A stretch of 64,000 nucleotides of DNA from Bacteroides sp. CAG:530. Lineage in GTDB: Bacteria > Bacteroidota > Bacteroidia > Bacteroidales > Bacteroidaceae. This document shows, one piece after another, positions 61,116 to 64,000 of the stretch; position 1 is the stretch's first letter, and each line of letters starts with the position of its first letter. The notes beneath the pieces are model-generated. The model ran no database searches. It was given only the letters and a program-made list of their open reading frames with translations, and had not been told where the DNA came from. The position numbers were made by a program, and so were the translations under genes. The stretch is from positions 12,777 to 76,776 of the forward strand of contig FR881281.1 of the NCBI GenBank assembly GCA_000434735.1, written 5' to 3'.

Positions 61116-63611
61116 ATGAAAAGAAATACAGTCTTTTTCGTTTTATTGCTCACATTTGCCTTTATCGCACGCCTCCAGGCACAAATGCCTGCCTCACTTT
61201 ACGAAGAATGGCGCAAGACATCTTATCCGGCAGGTGACGCAGTAGTATCTACCAATCCGTCTCCGCTGCTGTGGAAATCGGACAAATATTGGGAAAAGCG
61301 AAAAGTAACTTATAATGTATACCTGAGCCGCAACGCTGCGTTTCCTAAAGCCGAAACGCAAAGCAGCATGAATCAGCGTTATTGCTTCTACAACCCGCAC
61401 CGTAAATTAGAAAGCGGTAAATGGTATTGGAAATACGAAACCGTGGAAAACGGAAAGGTATCATCGAGCGAGGTTTATTCGTTCATCGTACCCGAATCTG
61501 CCGACGGACTCGTTACCCCTACTGCCAAAGAGTTCCGCAACAATATCAGCAAAAGCCATCCGCGTGTAATGAACTACGGACGCTCTATGGAAGATATTCA
61601 TCGCGACGCTCCACAGCACAGACTTTACAAAAGCATTATAAATACTGCTAAAGAAGCTGCCGCAAAACAAATTTATCGTGGCGCAGTGACCGACCCTAAC
61701 CCGGCAACTGCTCGCCGCCTTAACCAAAAGGCAGGTAAAGAAGTATCTCTGTATCATGAGCTGCTTGAAGGTTATACGCTATCGGCAGATAATGACATGA
61801 AAGATGCCTTGCTGAAACGTACCGATGTATTGCTGTCATGGCCTACTAACGACTTGTTAGGCTCTAAAGTCCTCACAGCTTTGGCTTTGGGGTACGACAT
61901 GCTGTACGATGAGCTGACAGCCGAAACCAAGCAACAGATACTTACTACCATCGACAAGCAGTTTAAAGAAGGACTGGCACGTTGGCCCGGATTTACCGAA
62001 GCACGTCAGGTAGAGAATCACTTCTGGCAGATGGAATTGGCAGGCAACTTTACAGCAGCCTTGGCTACTCTTGGCGAACTCGAATCGGCTACCGAAATGC
62101 TTGACTATACATACGGCTTGTTCATAGCTCGTTTCCCTAACCTTGCTACACAAGACGGTGGTTGGAACGAAGGCGAAGGCTATTATAGCGTAAACCAAAC
62201 AGCCGTGGTAGATATGGCATTATTGCTGAAAAAGTTGGGTGGCATTGATATCTTCAAGATGGGATGGTATCGTAATCTACCCGACTACTTTACTTACTTC
62301 TCGCCAGTGGCATCGCCTGTTTCAGGATTCGGCGATATGCACGACCGCGTAGAAACCGGAGGATTGAAGGGTCGTTCAGAAATGCTCACCATAGGTTGCG
62401 AAGAGAACAATCCGTACGCTTTATACCGCTTTTTCCAGTCGGTACGTCCCGTAGAATCATTCTTCGGAGCCACAACCGACGAGAAATACTGGAGAAAACC
62501 GTTGGCAAAAACAGAGCCTTGGTATCAGATAGTAAACAATATCTCTGTTGCCCCCAAGCGAGCTAAAGCTCCCACCAATCAGCCTACCGACAAGGTATTC
62601 TACGGAGTAGGAGCAGCAGCAATGCACTCTTGTCTGGCAGACCCAGCAAAAGATGTTACCGTATTCTTCCGCTCGTCGCCCTTCGGTTCCAAGGGTCACG
62701 CTCATGCCGACCAGAACAGCTTTAACATCTCACGTCACGGAGAACGTCTGTTCTACCCCACAGGATATTACACATCGTTTGCCGACATGCACTCGCTTAC
62801 TTCGTACAAGCATACCCGTGCTTGCAACTCTATCTTGATTAACGGCTACGGACAAGCATTCGGTCACGAAGGCTATGGATGGATTAAACGCCATATAGAA
62901 GGAGAAAACATGTCGTACGTATGCGGTGAAGCAGGAGAAGCTTATAAGAAGACTACCGACAAGCAGTTTGCCGATTTCATGAAGGAAAAAGGAATAAAGC
63001 AAGACGCACACTTCGGCATGGGAGACACTCCGATGAAGAAATTCGAGCGCCACGTTGTATTTGTACGTCCCGACGTAGTTGTGATATACGATGTTCTCGA
63101 AGCCGATGAAGCTTCAGAATGGAGCTTGTTGTTACACACCATGCGTCCGTCTACCGTCGACAAAAACAAGTTGACCGTAGAGACTAGCCGAAGCCATGCC
63201 GAAGCGCAAGTATTCGGAAGCACAGCGGTTAAGGGAAGCGTTACAAACAAATTCTTCTCTCCTGCCAACGACTTCAAGAAGAAATACCAGAACGGCACCC
63301 CCGACCAGTATCACGCTACTTTCTGCAACACCGAGAAAGTAAAGCAGATGCGTTACCTCACCATTATAAACATGTGTGACAAAGGTGCCAAGGTTACCGC
63401 ACTGAAGTCTTCAGGAAAAGGAAAATGGAAAATTGGCGACCTTCAGATAGAAGCCGAAATGGATGCCAATAAAGCACCTCACGCCACAATTAAGTATGGC
63501 AAAGAGCAACTCTCTATCGGTGCAGAAGAAACAACTCTTAACGGAACAAAGGGAACTGTAAGCAGCAAAAACCAAATGCCGACAGGTAGCTATAATTATC
63601 TGAAGCGATAA
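61116..63611 (+). CDS. heparinase II/III-like polysaccharide lyase, large (possibly PL15-type)
   Basis: 831 aa with a signal peptide. It has an N-terminal alpha/alpha-toroid and a C-terminal Hepar_II_III-like beta-sandwich with GHAHADQNSF. It is the last gene of the PUL. Confidence 0.65.
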   Translation: MKRNTVFFVLLLTFAFIARLQAQMPASLYEEWRKTSYPAGDAVVSTNPSPLLWKSDKYWEKRKVTYNVYLSRNAAFPKAETQSSMNQRYCFYNPHRKLESGKWYWKYETVENGKVSSSEVYSFIVPESADGLVTPTAKEFRNNISKSHPRVMNYGRSMEDIHRDAPQHRLYKSIINTAKEAAAKQIYRGAVTDPNPATARRLNQKAGKEVSLYHELLEGYTLSADNDMKDALLKRTDVLLSWPTNDLLGSKVLTALALGYDMLYDELTAETKQQILTTIDKQFKEGLARWPGFTEARQVENHFWQMELAGNFTAALATLGELESATEMLDYTYGLFIARFPNLATQDGGWNEGEGYYSVNQTAVVDMALLLKKLGGIDIFKMGWYRNLPDYFTYFSPVASPVSGFGDMHDRVETGGLKGRSEMLTIGCEENNPYALYRFFQSVRPVESFFGATTDEKYWRKPLAKTEPWYQIVNNISVAPKRAKAPTNQPTDKVFYGVGAAAMHSCLADPAKDVTVFFRSSPFGSKGHAHADQNSFNISRHGERLFYPTGYYTSFADMHSLTSYKHTRACNSILINGYGQAFGHEGYGWIKRHIEGENMSYVCGEAGEAYKKTTDKQFADFMKEKGIKQDAHFGMGDTPMKKFERHVVFVRPDVVVIYDVLEADEASEWSLLLHTMRPSTVDKNKLTVETSRSHAEAQVFGSTAVKGSVTNKFFSPANDFKKKYQNGTPDQYHATFCNTEKVKQMRYLTIINMCDKGAKVTALKSSGKGKWKIGDLQIEAEMDANKAPHATIKYGKEQLSIGAEETTLNGTKGTVSSKNQMPTGSYNYLKR

Positions 63612-63639
63612 TTGTAATGTCATTAATAAACTAATAATA

Positions 63640-63688
63640 GAGTGAGGATGTATCAAAACCACTGAATAGGTATGATACATCCTCACTC
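63640..63688. terminator. bidirectional terminator (perfect 16-bp stem) closing the PUL
   Basis: gagtgaggatgtatca ... tgatacatcctcactc then aatgttttt. Confidence 0.75.
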
Positions 63689-63698
63689 ATAATGTTTT

Positions 63699-64000
63699 TC
63701 AATATTTGTTAATAGCCTCTTTAGCCTTAGTAACAACTGTAGCAGCCGGAATCTCTTTCAGGCTGAATTCATCGAATGTCTTTAATATTTTATCAATCTT
63801 ATTAATCGCTGATTTATTTCCTTTCTTTTCAAACTCTTCCTTTAATATACGGATTTTTTCGTAAGATTGGATACCTTCAATCAAACGTTCGAAACGAATA
63901 GATGAACGTCCTTCGGGATAAATCATATAAGTGTCTCCAGCAGCCCATGTTCTGAAGCGGCTGTCTTGCAAAGGATTTTTAACCCAACTATTTAAAGCCC
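63699..64000 (-). CDS. hypothetical protein, C-terminal portion only (gene continues past window end)
   Basis: The minus-strand frame is open to the window edge. The ORF-track fragment 63699..63971 (…RFRTWAAGDTYMIYPEGRSSIRFERLIEGIQSYEKIRILKEE…) looks like the conserved C-terminus of a larger Bacteroidetes protein. Confidence 0.45.
   Translation of the reverse strand, partial: ALNSWVKNPLQDSRFRTWAAGDTYMIYPEGRSSIRFERLIEGIQSYEKIRILKEEFEKKGNKSAINKIDKILKTFDEFSLKEIPAATVVTKAKEAINKY

Overview
This window reads as a Bacteroidales (Bacteroides/Parabacteroides-like) chromosomal segment. No rRNA, tRNA, CRISPR array or obvious mobile element was recognised.

The first ~37 kb is densely packed core metabolism:
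- an RND efflux pump pair (permease cut by the window edge, plus its periplasmic adaptor)
- malic enzyme maeB and glutamate dehydrogenase gdhA
- a potABCD polyamine ABC transporter operon
- meaB next to a DUF1573 protein, and a secreted FAD-dependent oxidoreductase
- folP-cdaA, murF, metF, an Lrp/AsnC regulator divergent from metY
- lrgAB, pta-ackA, a PfkB sugar kinase, lpxH, lgt, ddh, ruvA and tatA-tatC

From 37.9 to 63.6 kb there is a 26-kb heparin/heparan-sulfate-type polysaccharide utilization locus. Its gene order is hybrid two-component regulator (HTCS), PL12 lyase, surface lipoprotein, SusC, SusD, GH88, second PL12 lyase, Ser-type S1 sulfatase, Tat-signal PHP-domain metallohydrolase, ROK kinase, MFS transporter, and a heparinase II/III-like (possibly PL15) lyase.

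The features most worth a second look are:
- Three independent +1 frame lesions inside this one locus: a perfect 13-bp tandem duplication splitting the HTCS gene, a 1-nt indel splitting susC, and a 31-bp tandem duplication rewriting the GH88 C-terminus.
- The Tat-exported PHP-family hydrolase sitting where a second S1 sulfatase would be expected, which makes it a candidate novel desulfating enzyme.
- A dispersed ~90-bp cassette of 22-bp tandem repeats found in two intergenic regions 38 kb apart, one directly upstream of the PUL.
- A 104-bp nested palindromic element downstream of metF.
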